DNA of 64,000 bases, taken from Heteronotia binoei (lineage: Eukaryota). The stretch lies in contig NC_083227.1 of the NCBI RefSeq assembly GCF_032191835.1, forward strand, positions 23,188,001-23,252,000, written 5' to 3'. Below are positions 36,772-49,740 of the stretch, piece after piece (the first letter of the stretch is position 1; each line of letters begins with the position of its first letter). The notes below the pieces were generated by a model. That model had not been told where the DNA came from and searched no databases. It saw only the letters and a list, made by a program, of their open reading frames with translations. Position numbers and translations under genes: made by a program.

Positions 36772-38352
36772 TGTGGCTAATAGCCACTGATGCACCGTCT
36801 GCTCCATATTTTTATCTAAGCCCCTCTAAAAGGTGGCTATGCTTGTGGCCGCCAGCACCTCCTGTGGCAGTGAATTCCACATGTTAATCACGCTTTGGGT
36901 GAAGAAGTACTTCCTTTTATCCGTTTTAACCTGTCTGCTCATCAATTTCATCAAATGCCCATGAGTTCTTGTATTGTGAGAAAGGGGAAAAAGTACTTCT
37001 TTCTCTACTTTCTCCATCCCATGCATTATCTTGTAAACCTCTATCATGTCAACCCGCAGTCGACGTTTCTCCAAGCTAAAGAGCACCAAACGTTTCAACC
37101 TTTCTTCATAGAGAAAGTGTTCCAGCCCTTTAATCATTCTAGTTGCCCTTTTCTGGACTTTCTCCAATGCTATAATATCCTTTTTGAGGTGCGGCGACCA
37201 GAACTGCACACAGTACTACAAATGAGACCACACCATCGATTTATACAGGGGCATTATGATACTGGCTGATTTGTTTTCAATTCCCTTCCTAATAATTCCC
37301 AGCATGGCATTGGCCTTTTTTACTGCAAACGCACACTGTCTTGACATTTTCAGTGAGTTATCTACCATGACCCCAAGATCTCTCTCTTGGTCAGTATCTG
37401 CCAGTTCACACCCCATCAACTTGTATTTGTAGCTGGGATTCTTGGCCCCAATGTGCATTACTTTGCACTTGGCCACATTGAACTGCATCTGCCACGTTGA
37501 CGCCCACTCACCCAGCCTCAACAGATCCCTTTGGAGTTCCTCACAATCCTCTTGGGTTCTCACCACCCTGAACAACTTAGTGTCATCCACAAACTTGTCC
37601 ACTTCAATGCTCACTCCCAACTCTAAATCATTTATGAACAAGTTAAAGAGCATGGGACCCAGTACCGAGCCCTGCGGCACCCCACTGCTTACCGTCCTTT
37701 ACTGCGAAGACTGCCCATTTATACTCACTCTCTGCTTCCTATTACTCAGCCAGTTTTTGATCCACAAGAGGACCTGTCCTTTTACTCCATGACTCTCAAG
37801 CTTTCTAAGGAGCCTTTGATGAGGAACTTTATCAAAAGCTTTCTGGAAGTCAAGGTAAACAACATCTACTGAGTCTCCTTTGTCCACATGTTTGTTCACC
37901 CCCTCAAAGAAATGTAACAGGTTAGTGAGGCAAGATCTTCCCTTACAGAACCCATGCTGAGTGTTCCTCAATAACCCATGTTCATCAATATGCCTACTCA
38001 TTCTGTCCTTGATAATGGTTTCTACCAACTTTACCGGTATTGAAGTCAGACGGACTGGCCTGTAATTTCCCGGATCTCCTCTGGAACCCTTTTTAAAGAT
38101 GGGGGTGACATTTGCTACCTTCCATTCCTCAGGAACGGAGGCAGATTTCGGTGGGGTAGGATGGGATATAAATCAAATCAAATAAAATGAAAATGAAATG
38201 AAATGAAAGATTACAGATTTTTGTTAGAAGATCCACAAGTTCAACTTGGAGTTCTTTCAGAACTCTTGGATGTATGCCATCTGGACCCAGTGACTCATTA
38301 GTTTTTAATTCGTCTATCAGTTGTAGGACCTCCTCTTTTGTCACCTCAATCT
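36598..38352 (-). mobile_element. CR1 LINE, 5'-truncated (same subfamily as 8357)
   Basis: RT fragments (PQGSVLGPMLFNLFINDL, FVDDTKL) and a CR1 tail. Compound (TG)(TA)(CA) microsatellite at about 36693-36771. Confidence 0.92.
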
Positions 38353-38489
38353 GACAATAGGAATAGGAAAAGCCCAGCAGGAACTCATTTCCATATTAGG
38401 CCAAACCCAACACCAAGCCAGCCGGAACTATGTTCCTATGCGTTTCTGCTAAAAAATGCCATCACGATTTATGATGATGATGATTATAA

Positions 38490-41295
38490 GAAGGAGGAGT
38501 ATGGGAAGAGTCGAATGACAGCCCCCGGGATAATCTTCTGTTCCTCCCAGTGGCTGTCATTCTGGGGACTGTCATTCCTGTCCCAAAGCTGCCCGAGTGG
38601 CAGGATAAGATGATGCGGGACTGGATGAAGCAGCAGCAGAAGGCCCAGGTGGGCCTCATCCGGAACATGGCCAAAGCATGGGCCGACGCCCACCCCAAGA
38701 CCCAGCCCACCCTTGCAGTGCATCTTCCAGCCCTGCTACTAGGTAAGTTGATGCCGGAGGATGACATTGAGGTGTATTTAGAGACCTTCGAGTGTATGGC
38801 GGAGATGGCACTGTGGCCAAAGGAGAAGTGGACATGCATTCTCAGACCCTATCTCACGGGAGGGTCTCAGATGGCCATGCACACAGTACCACGGGTCCAG
38901 CTGAAGGACTACAACTAGTGAAAGCCACCATCCTAGACTGGCTTGAAATTACTGATGAAACCTTTCACCAAAAGTTCCGAGCCCAGCGGTGGAAACTGGA
39001 GGACCAGCACCGCCTCCTGGCCACAGAACTAGGCGAATTTGCCGCCCTTTGGCTCAACCCCAAGAACTCGGTCATCTCAGAAGCTGTCGAGAAATTGGTG
39101 GCAGAACAGATGCTCCAGATACTTCTGAACGAGGTCCGCGTATGGGTCATGAGCAACCAGCTGCCTCCCTGAAGGATTTGGTCACGCTTATGGAGAATTA
39201 TGCCGCGGCCAACCCAGGAGGGCGGCCTTTGGAGATCCTGAGAAGAGACAACAGTGCCTACAGGGGCCTTGTGGTGGCCGGCCAACATGGCCCCACCCAA
39301 AGATGCCCCGCCTCCAGGGTCATATGGGGGAAGGGCATGGTGGCCTTCCCCTCAGCTGGCCAAGGACAGCAATGGGAAGAATGGAGGGAAAGCCCCCACG
39401 GCTCCACCGGCATCCGGACTTCCCCCAACCCTGGACCCTTGCTACACTTGTGGCCAAATGGGCCACTAGCAGCATGACTGCCCCACCATGAAGTGTGACC
39501 TCAGCTACGAGTTAGCCCTCCTGATCATGTCCATCCAGGGTATGGCCCCGCCACTCCTGATGCATGTCATGATTTCAGGGCAGTCTGTGATGGCCCTTCT
39601 CAACTCGGGGAGCACCATCTCAATGGTACGGGGGGATCTCTTGCCAAACCTTGTGATGGTCCGGCAATGGACGCGGGTAGCAGGAGCTGCCACACATCCC
39701 TGGCTTATCAGGGGACCCAGGTAACTCGGTACCAAACCCCCTCTCGTCATTTAAACTGGAACCATAGACTCCCAGGCCTTTACGGCCGCTTATATAGATA
39801 ATATCATCATCTTCAGCCCCGATTGGGATATGCACCTGCAGCACCTGCAGGCTGTCCTGACAGCCCTCCACCGGGCCAGCCTGCAGGCCAATCCCGGCAA
39901 GAGTTTCCTCTGCTTCCAGGTACTGAAATACCTGGGGTTTGTGGTAGGGAGAAGGTTGCTACCACCACAACCCCCAAAATTCCTAAGAGTCCTGCAGTAC
40001 CCCCAGATGGCTACAAAGCGACAGCTAAAGAGGTTCCTAGGCCTAGTGGGATATTACAGCCTGTTCATATCCCACTATGCCACCCGAGCTACCTTTTTGA
40101 CGAACACGCTACACAAGCGAAGCCTGAACCAGTTTGAATGGATCCCCGCATACCTTGAGGCATTCCGCTGACTTCAGTGGGCGCTCTCAGACACCACCAA
40201 ACTCCATGGTCCTGATTTTGATCAACTCTTCTGAGTCCATATGGATGCCTCCGATATGGGGCTCAGGGCCGTCCTGGCCCAGGTGGTGAACAACCAAGAG
40301 GTCACCATAATGTTCTTAAGCCAGAAACTGAACCCAGCAGAGCAAAAATACTCCACGGTAGAGCAGGAGGCTCTGGCCATCAAATGTGCCGTGGGGGTGT
40401 TGCAGTACTAAATGACAAACAACCCGTTCTACTTCGTGACCAATCATGACCCTTGTAATGGCTGCATCGCATGAAGGACCATAACCAGTGAGTCCTTAGA
40501 TGGTACTTTTCTCTTTTGCCTTTTAGGTTCACCATCCGCCACCAGGACGGCAAGTGGTGCCTCCACGCCGACTGTCTCTCCAGGCTCTACGAAGATGAAG
40601 GCAACCCCGAGGGGACTCCCAAGGAGAGGGGATGTCTGGGGCCCAGGCCCCTGTCCTCTCTCCAGGGTCTCCTGGGCAGGAGGTCCGATTCCTCTGCGAC
40701 TATCAAGAGTTAAACCCCATCCAGCATTAGCTGGGGAGATGCAACTTCCAGTGTCACGACCCCTCTGGATACTGCGGGTTCAGCACCTTGCCTGATGAAG
40801 GAAGAGTGTTCACCTGTGTCCAACAGGGATTGGCTGAAGGTAAGGGAGGTGGTGGTGGGGATGGGGATTTCTCTGACAAGCAGGGAGGTGCTGCCGGGGA
40901 GAAAGAGCCCACGGCTTACTCCAGAAACGTTACACAGAGAGAAGGAGGGGTAACAGGAGTAATACCTGGGAGAAGCCAGGCAAGGAAAAAGGGTGAAGCT
41001 AACCCCCTCGCCAGCCTTCATTCTGAGGCAGAGTCCAGCTCGGCAGTGGATCCCCACACCTGGTTCCGGCTGCCTAAGCCAGAATTTGAGCTCAGCTTCT
41101 TGGATGGCTGGAAGAGCTCAGGGGATGAGCAGCATTTGTTGGGCAGCCTCCCAATGACGCTTTTGCTGGCTGGACTCTGGGCCCCAGCCATGCCTGTGTG
41201 GAGGCCTCCCCATGTTGCATGCGCTGACAGGACACCGTGGGGCAGTTTTACAGGTGAGTTGTTCCCATCCCTTTTCTTTCTTTCTTTTTTCACTA
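38490..41295 (+). mobile_element. Gmr1-like LTR retrotransposon remnant with SCAN-type gag; copy B
   Basis: Gag (EDDIEVYLETFE), SCAN-like segment (ETFHQKFRAQRW...WLNPK...EKLVAEQMLQIL), zinc knuckle 39440-39481 and protease LLNSGSTISMV. An internal deletion precedes RT (AYIDNIIIF). RNase H is followed by a PPT at 40621-40632 and an LTR from 40633. No 5' LTR was seen. Confidence 0.82.
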
Positions 41296-41642
41296 CACCA
41301 TGCTGCTCTTGTGATTGAGTGGGCTGGAATTTCATTTTCTTTCTGGGATGGCTATATATTTATGGCTATATAGCACACCTCAAAAAATATATTGGTGATG
41401 TCAGAGGTGTGGCCTAGCATGCAAATGGTGGTGATGTCAGAGGTGTGGCCTCACATACTAACGTACGAATGAGTTCCTGCTGGCTTTTTTCTACAATAAG
41501 CCCTTGATGGATGGATGGACGGACAGATAGATAGACAGACAGATAGACAGACAGACATGACCAGTTTGCTCTTCAAGGTGGAAACCTTCCATTATTGGTA
41601 GGAGTTGGAGTATGTGAAAAAAAGGATCCTCCTTCACCCAGC

Positions 41643-41926
41643 AAAAGAAGAAGAAGAAGATATTGGATTTATGTCCTGCCCTATACTCTGAATCTCAGAG
41701 TCTCAGAGCAGTCACAATCTCCTTTACTTTCTCCCCGCACAACAGACACCCTGTGAGGTGGGTGGGGCTGGAGAGCTGTCACAGAAGCTTCGCTTTCAAG
41801 GACAACTCCTACGAGAGCTATGGCTGACCCAAAGCCATTCCAGCAGATGCAAGTGGAGGAGTGGGGAATCAAACCCAGTTCTCCCAGAGAAGAGTCCGCA
41901 CACTTAACCACTACACCAAACTAGCT
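41643..41926 (-). mobile_element. tRNA-derived SINE (paralog of 1735-2018)
   Basis: Same A and B boxes and the same tail. Confidence 0.8.
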
Positions 41927-42848
41927 AAGATGCTCCAGCAGATGGATGCTCAAGTTGGGTTCTGGTTCTGGGGTAAGGCCTCTGCTGTTGCCAGTGTGGT
42001 TGTCATGGCAGAGAATGGGAAAGCAGGGATCACCAGGTCTTAATCAGTGTTCCCTGAAAGATGAGTTAGTGTGAACTAGCTCACAGTTTTTTAGCCCCAG
42101 AGAAAAGTAATTTATGAAGTAGCTCACCACTTTAATGCACGTGGCTCACAAAGTAGAATTTTTGCTCACAGGACTCCACAGCTTACAGGGAGTACTCTTA
42201 ATTCAGTCCCATTTGCCTGGTCACAGCTTCAAGCTTGAGCCTTACGTTACTGTTAATGGAGAAATCTAAAAATGAATTGGATACATTAAAAACAGAAATC
42301 ACTGATTTGGTCACAGCTCCAGCCCCGCTAATATTTCCTGAAGGATCTTCTTCCTGGAAAATTTGGGCACACTCACATGATGAACTCACATGACCCTTCA
42401 TAGTGGTGAGTTCTTGCAAATCTGTTTTTCCATCTCAGCACCTGGCTTCAAACCCCAAGAGAGAGTCTTGGATGGTGGGTACTCTTTCCCTTCTAATTAT
42501 CCAAATCGTGGTGATTTATTCTGTTTCTTAGCAGAGCTCCAGGGATTTCTCTGAAGTTCACTTGGAAACTAGCAAGGTAAACATTGGAACCAAGAGCAAG
42601 AGGATGTAATGTCTTGCAACAGGCCTGGGAAGCCTGGTGCATAAAAGCTTTTTGTCTCAATGAGTTCAGGGGGTGAGATCTCTGGGGTTGGGGGGACTGT
42701 GTCCCTGTGAAGCTATCAAACTGATTAAGTCTGGGCAGGACTTCTCAAGTGACTGCAGCTGTGATCTTGCCAGGGGCTCCTGCAGCTTCTTCAGGCAGTC
42801 TTTGAGAGAAGGTTACTGGGACAGGAAAGCTGCAAGAAGATAGAGAGT

Positions 42849-43069
42849 ATGATCTTGCCTCTCCTTCTGCTGCAGCTGCTTCTTACAGCTTGAGTGGTGG
42901 GGGGTGGCAAATGCCCATTCATTGTGACAATGGATGAGATCGAGCCCTTTCATTACTTCCGAACAGGAGACTACCTTGTTGCTGGACTTGTCACTGCAAT
43001 ATGTACTAGCATGATCTCATTACAAACCTTCCGGGAACCTCCCTTTTCTCTTTCCTTTTTAAATAAGAG
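42849..43069 (+). CDS. Vmn2r: V2R-B exon 1 (TGA at 42891, GC donor)
   Basis: Reads MILPLLLLQLLLTA*VVGGGKC... and ends AG|GCAAGT. Confidence 0.85.
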
Positions 43070-43346
43070 GCAAGTCAGCCCTTGGTGAACTTTTTAATCA
43101 TATATGATGGTGGGACAGGGTTTTGCTGTATTTCTTACTAACAAATGCCACTTTGCTTCTATCTCCTGCATGTGATGCGACTAAAATATTGCTAAGTGTT
43201 TTTTCACTGCCAAGAATCTGGGAGTAAAGCATTTTATAATGCACTCTCAAATTGAAGAAGAAAGACATGGATTTGATCAGATCACTACCGTGGCTCTTTG
43301 AATGTCCAAATGGAGACAGAGAGCCTTCAGTGGGGTGGTTTGTAAG

Positions 43347-43518
43347 CAATGTTCACTCTAAGCTGCAGAGTCTTGTGAGCAAAAGTTCTGCTTTGTGAGC
43401 TACTGCATAAATTAGTGTACTCTGCGGTCATCCTGCTTGAGTTAAGAGAAAAATGTGTGAACTGGAGGCTAAAAATCTGTGAGATAGCTCACATTAGCTC
43501 AGCTTAGAGGAAACACTG
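43347..43518. mobile_element. hAT MITE (paralog of 3460-3650)
   Basis: Same TIRs and TSD TTTGTAAG at 43339-43346 and 43519-43526. Confidence 0.88.
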
Positions 43519-43871
43519 TTTGTAAGCCTCAAACAGAAACAGATTACCTCAATACTGTCTTTCCATAATGACTGGTATGAGGATTAAAGCCCACTCTTAT
43601 GTAGGTTTAGGGAAGTGTAAACTCTTGAAATCAGGGGGACTTGCATATTTTATAAAAAAAGGATAAGATCAGGTTGCCAGTGATTATCTGACAGGACATC
43701 TTTCATGTCAAATTTCAGCTTCCCTTTAACTGACTAGTCACATCTCATAAACCTAACTGTAAACCAATCAAAGCTGCCCCAGTCGTAGAAAGAAGTAGCT
43801 GCATTTCCACAGGTGCCGTGACACTGGAATACTGCCCCAAAAGATCCTGTGTGATATGCCATGAAGGTGCT

Positions 43872-44083
43872 GGGACTGTGGCTCAGAGGAAAAACCTCTG
43901 CTCTGCATATAGAAGGGCCCAGGTTCAATCCCTGGCCTCTCCAGTTATAAAGGACCATACAGTGGGTGATGAGAAAGGCCTCAACCTGAGATCCTGGAGA
44001 GCCACTGCCAGTCTGGGTAGACAGTTCTGACTTTGATGGAGCAGAGGTCAGAGTCAGTCAAAAGCAGCTTCATGTGTTTTCAT
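43872..44083 (+). mobile_element. tRNA-derived SINE (paralog of 4009-4220)
   Basis: B box GGTTCAATCCC and the shared body. Confidence 0.8.
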
Positions 44084-44247
44084 GCATGTTCACCTTCTTG
44101 GCTGCCACAAACTCACCCAGATGACAAACAGAACAAATCTCTGTATTATCATCACTACAAACCACCACAACTGCTTCTGCCCATATCAGGTAAGGCATCA
44201 GCAACACATCCCTAAACAATATGACACGTGTATATATTTCCTGGCAG

Positions 44248-44536
44248 GGAACGAGGTCTGATCTGGCACCGCCTTGCCTTCTCATTGGCCATTCAGGAGA
44301 TTAACCAGAGTCCCAAGCTCTTACCAAATAATACCACGCTTGGCTACACCGTCTATGAGAAAAATTTTCATCCCAGGGTGACTTATGATGCTTTGATAGA
44401 CCTGCTATCTGCCCAGGATACTATTCCAAACTACAAATGCGGCAGGAAGAATAATCTCTTGGCTGTTCTTGAAGGATCTGAATGTGACGTCTCCACTGAT
44501 GTTTCAACACTATTGAGTACCTACAAAGTTCCTCAG
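44248..44536 (+). CDS. Vmn2r: V2R-B exon 2
   Basis: 289 nt, open, AG/GT bounded. Confidence 0.92.
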
Positions 44537-45584
44537 GTATGAACAGAGAATGGGGCCAGTGAAGACAACCGATAGACTTTGAAATGTTTCTGACATAGAT
44601 GAAAACCAGCTTTTAGGAGAGTTGGGAGGGGTCTGAGAAAGGATTCAGGTCTTCTGTTGGTTCATCTGCATCCCTCCTTACAAAGGTTTTACACGGTTTT
44701 GAAACAGTCTTTGTTGACTTGGGGGAGAAGCAGGTACACAGCAAAGAAACTCTCTGCAAAAAGGGAATGTCTTTCTTAGATGGCTTATATGCATCTTCTT
44801 TCAGAAGTGGAAAACTTCTGGAATAGGCAACCAGGCACAGTGATTGAAAGGCCTATCTGGAGGCCTCCCCCTGCATCAGTCAGTGGGTCAAGGACTGGAT
44901 GCCCAAATGGAGACAAAGTGGGCTATGGAAATCTAGGAATACTGGAGTATGGAAATCTAGGAATATTGACAGCTAGAGCCTTATTAAAGGAAAAAAGTTA
45001 TTTTGTGAGGGAGAAATTTCTATAGCAATATCATTTGCATTCCCCATCCAACCAAAAGTTGGTTTTCCCCCCTAAGGATGTTTTTTCCAGGATACCTTCC
45101 CAATGACTTGGTGAGGGTTAAAGACCTTGGGTGTTGTGAGTCAAGGTCATCCTTAGGGCAAAACTGAAAATGCCACTAGAATGTGTGAGATTTCCATCAG
45201 AAGATTTCTGGGCCAAAAACAATCCCTGCTGTTCAAGGGTTTCCTTATATCATCATTAAGTTATATGAGGAATTTTGTTATTTACTGACATTAATGGAGT
45301 AATTAGATAACATCTTAAGGACCACCGACAGATAGAATTTTATAGGAACTGAATTACCCGCTGAAGAAGTTGTGAACTGCCTGTTTATTGAATAGCACCA
45401 TAATGTTATATTTTACGGGTTTTTTGCCTTTAAAAAATATTTTAGTATGTAAGCTTTTTCTAGTCATTTGTTAGCTGCCCTGAATCCATTTGTGAAAACG
45501 TCGGGATATAAATCTAAAGTAAATTAAAAAAAAATTAAAAGTAGGTGATGAAATCAAAGGTGTCCTTTTTTTTTTTTGCATTAG

Positions 45585-46418
45585 ATCAGTCATGATGTTG
45601 ATTTGGCAGTTCTTAAGGATAAAACTCTGTTTCCTTTCTTCTACCAAATGGCACGAAAGGAAGAAGCCCAATACCTAGGAATTGTCAAACTGCTCTTGCA
45701 TTTCCGATGGACGTGGGTTGGTCTCCTTACTTCAGGCAGTGAGAGTGGGGAAAAATTCAAGAGCATCTTAACACCTCTCATGCTCAAGAGCGGCATCTGT
45801 GTCGCCTTTGCAGAGGGCATCTCAGAACATGGTGTTGTTTCCACCACCTGGTCAGAAGAAAGAATACAACACTTTATTTCATTCCTCATTCAAGGCCAAG
45901 TAAAAGTATTTGTTTTCTATGGAGATGTTAAATACATAGTAAGCTTTGAAGTAGTCATACACATGGTTGAACATAAAATGAATGTCAAATTTCATATAGT
46001 TTGGATCACAACGCATTTGTTGCACTCCCTCTTAAGCTTGGGCTGTCTTTCTTCTCCTCTTGCATTATCCATGCATGGATCTCTCTCTGTCATGATCCAA
46101 GCAAAGAAAAGGAGGATATATCATTATTTACAAGTCTGTAACCCTCTAGTTCAGGAGTTCATGGAGAAAGCATATGATTCCTTCTACTCAAAGCCCATTC
46201 TGACTGTGAGAGGCCACCTGAGATGCAGAGAGAAAGAAAGGCTGGAGGACAGGGGCTGGAAGGTCCTGAAAGAATACCTGCCTCCCAGAGCCAGCAATAT
46301 TTACACCTCAATCCATGCGGTGGCACAGGCCTTATATGCTGCTTACTCATCTAGGTCTGAGAGAAGGAAAAGGGCTGGTGGAGAAAGACAAGAACATGAA
46401 CCCATACAGCCTTGGCAG
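45585..46418 (+). CDS. Vmn2r: V2R-B exon 3
   Basis: 834 nt, open, AG/GT bounded. Confidence 0.93.
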
Positions 46419-47171
46419 GTACCCCTATTCTGTCAATTAAGAATAATAATTGGAAGTTTTTCTTTGAAAGGATGATTGTGGATGTACAGTGCAGTGGTAG
46501 AAGGACAGTTTATTGGACAGTCTCAGGCAGAGCTAAAAGGAGCATCAGGTATGTGTGTTTAGTAGAAATCTTGGGGTATTCAACCACTGTCAAGGTCTGA
46601 TGATATTCCCCAGACATCAATCTATCCAACACAACACTTGCCATATTCTCGTAACCACATCTAATTGATATAGCAACATTCTAAAAGAACAACATTGTTC
46701 ATCATTTGTTACTGGTGTGTAGATGAAGCTAAGAGAGAGCAACCTGCTTAATATCACATGAACAAAAAGCATATGAACCAAATGTTTGAAGAACCCCAAC
46801 TCCTGCTTTTAGTCATAGATTTCAACCAGTTGAAGAGGGTGAAGCATGAATCGGGGCAAATCCCAGAATTGTTTGTCTAGGTCATAGACTTCTCAGAATA
46901 TGAGATACTGTCACATCTTGACAGAGATAAATGTCCAACATCATTCAGACCATGCATTCATGCCTCCTGCATTCTTGAGAACTGGTTATAATGTAAGGGC
47001 TGGAAGGGATGGTCAAAGGGGTAATGATCATGCAGTCCAAGTAAATAGAGTGGGACTTCTGGGATCAGAGAAAGATTTCATTCATGTAGGTTGGTTTAAT
47101 CTTTGGAACAATAAAGAAAGGCCCTATGAACTACTAATCTAGCATATATGATGACCAGTTTTGGGGAGATG

Positions 47172-47776
47172 ATGTATCAACAGAAGTATAGTGTCCAGAT
47201 CATGTGAAGAGATGGTATTTCTTTACTCTACTCTGGTAAGACCTCAGCTGGAGTATTGTGTTCAGTTTTGAGCACCACATTTTAAGAAGGATATAGACAA
47301 GCTGGAACGGGTCCAGAGGAGGGCAACAAAGATGGTGAGGGGTCTGGAGACCAAGTCCTATGAGGAAAGGTTAAAGGAGCTGGGCATGTTTAGCCTAGAG
47401 AGGAGGCGGCTGAGAGGTGATATGATCACCATCTTCAAGTCCTTGAAGGGCTGTCATCTAGAGAATGGTGTGGAATTGTTTTCTGTGGCCCCAGAAGGTA
47501 GGACCAGAACCAATGGGTTGAAATTAAATCAAAAGAGTTTCCAGCTCAGCATTAGGAAGAATTTCCTGACTGTTAGAGTGATTCCTGAGTGGAACAGGCT
47601 TCCTCGGGAGGTGGTGGGCTCTCCTTCCTTAGAGGTTTTGCAGAGGCGAGATGGCCATCTTACAGCAATGAGTTACAGCAATGTGAATTTAGGGGGAGGT
47701 ATTTGTGAGTTTCCTGCATTGTGCAGGGGGTTGGACTAGATGACCCTGGAGGTCCCTTCCAACTCTATGATTCTAT
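47172..47776 (+). mobile_element. CR1 3' fragment (paralog of 11516-12418, without the RTE insert)
   Basis: ORF 47332-47739 and an ATGATTCTAT tail. Confidence 0.85.
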
Positions 47777-47864
47777 ATACTGAGAGAGCCATATCTTCTC
47801 TTGCTCTTTTAATGGTATTGGTAGGCATCCCGGGCACATAGTTTTTCAGACCTCTTTGGTGGAT

Positions 47865-48499
47865 TGTTAGCCAAATTGCCCTCAAGAGAGGTGTGGGGGA
47901 TTTAATTAGGTGAGGAAAAATTGTACAAGAGTGATAACCTCTGTATACCAGAGTCAGTCCTCCTTAGGAGCCCATTAAAATAATGTTGGGTTTTTAACTA
48001 AAAATAGAATGTATTAGAAAAAAAGCATAAAAGAAAATACAAATTCTCATCATACATACAGATCTAGGAAAAATAGGTAGGAAAATGATAGGGACTTTTG
48101 CATTAGCAGGAACTGTTGTGATTAACAAGTAATACTAGTACCTGTCTGTGACAAGAAAAGGGAGATTCCTCAGCGAAGACGAGATAAGGGAAGGGGAGCA
48201 AGAGAGGACCATCATCACCTGCAATAAGGGACCCATTCTGATCAGGATTGGGGGTGGCTCCAGCAGCAAGGTAGGAGTCAGTCAGAGTCACACCTGGATG
48301 GCCAAAAAGCTGGCCTTATATAGCCAATTTCATACCTTTAGGCAATGTCTCGTGATGAGGTTTGCCAATCAGGTAATAGTTCCCAGGAACCTGAACAAAA
48401 GAATTTTCTAGACAATTATGGTCCATGGCGTGTGAGTCAGATTTTAAACAAAAGAAATTAGAGTGATCAATTTAGGGTCAAATATTCACTCTTGTAACA
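47865..48499. mobile_element. LTR-like repeat (paralog of 12507)
   Basis: Bounded TGTTAG...TGTAACA. Confidence 0.5.
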
Positions 48500-49087
48500 C
48501 CTTCGGTAGGAACAATGGGGAGACAAAAGAGAGGAGATGGGTGATAGGATGTAGCTGATGACAGACGATCTTTCCAACCACATTCTATTTAGCGGGAGGT
48601 TCTTCTTGATGAGTGGCAGGAAGATTCCCTTGTCTAGAGACACACATTGCAACAGTTCTTTGTTGACAGCTATGTGCATTTCCAAAGCATATGCAAGACT
48701 CGGGAATGTGGTGTGTGAGGAAGAAATCTTCTCTACATGGTGGTTTGGAGGATATTATGTTGTCTTCTTGAAACATCTCAGGAATGTGGCTTCTCTCAGC
48801 CTGCTTCTGACTCTGTCTTCTTGGAGACAGAGGTGCAGTTGCTGATCAGCAGGGCTGAGCAGCTAGTAGATGAAGCATAATCCCAGGTTGATTTTATAGG
48901 CATAGACTATCCACAATATAGCAGCAGCAGGCAGGGAGCATGTTAAGGCTCGGCCTGACTAAATGCTGTATAGCCTGTGAGGGCTAAGTGTCCATAGCTG
49001 ATCTGGCATAAATGACAGCTGGTTACAGCCCATAACAGTTCAGAGTGGTTGGAGAGGGGGCCCAGGGCCAACAGCAGTGACATACTT

Positions 49088-49665
49088 TGTCATGTGTGAC
49101 AGCAATGGTGACAACTATGCAGGGGCCCTGCCCAAGTTTACAGGAGACCCTGCAGCTGGCCCCTCTGATGCTGCAGGAGCTGATAGCTCCCTGCCATCAT
49201 CTAAGACAGCATTCCCCACACCTGACCCAACACCAGTAGAAGAGGCACAGCTGCAAGTGGAAACCCCACCAGTCTCACCCCCACAGGTAGCTCAGCTGTG
49301 GGAGTGACTCCACTGAGATTTGGAGACCTGCGAGAGGGACACAAGCCTGCAGGGAAGGTGGTCGCTGAGCCCTGAATACTAACAGGAGCCCTATTGCTTG
49401 CTAACTGAAGGATCACAGGAGGCTCATATAGCCCTTGCTTGGGACTAGGCTCTCCCTGGAAGCAACAAGTCGCATCTGTTATGACTAGCATCCACCCCAG
49501 CTCTTCTGTTCCTGGTTGAACTTTCTGGCTTTTTGACTCTTGGCCCCCAACAACCTTGCTCTTCACCCTCTGACTCGGCTACCTGGCTCGGCTTTGGTTA
49601 GAACTCCCTGGCTCAGCTCTGGACTGGACTTGGACTTTGCTCCTGACTGCACCCGACCTGTGACA
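49088..49665. mobile_element. Solo LTR (paralog of 13677-14253)
   Basis: Bounded TGTCA...TGACA. Confidence 0.6.
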
Positions 49666-49740
49666 CTTCATCAGTGTGGCATGTGTTTTGTCTAAGAAGG
49701 CTGATGGCTCCTGAATGCAGCTGGCAAGTGATATGGTGGT

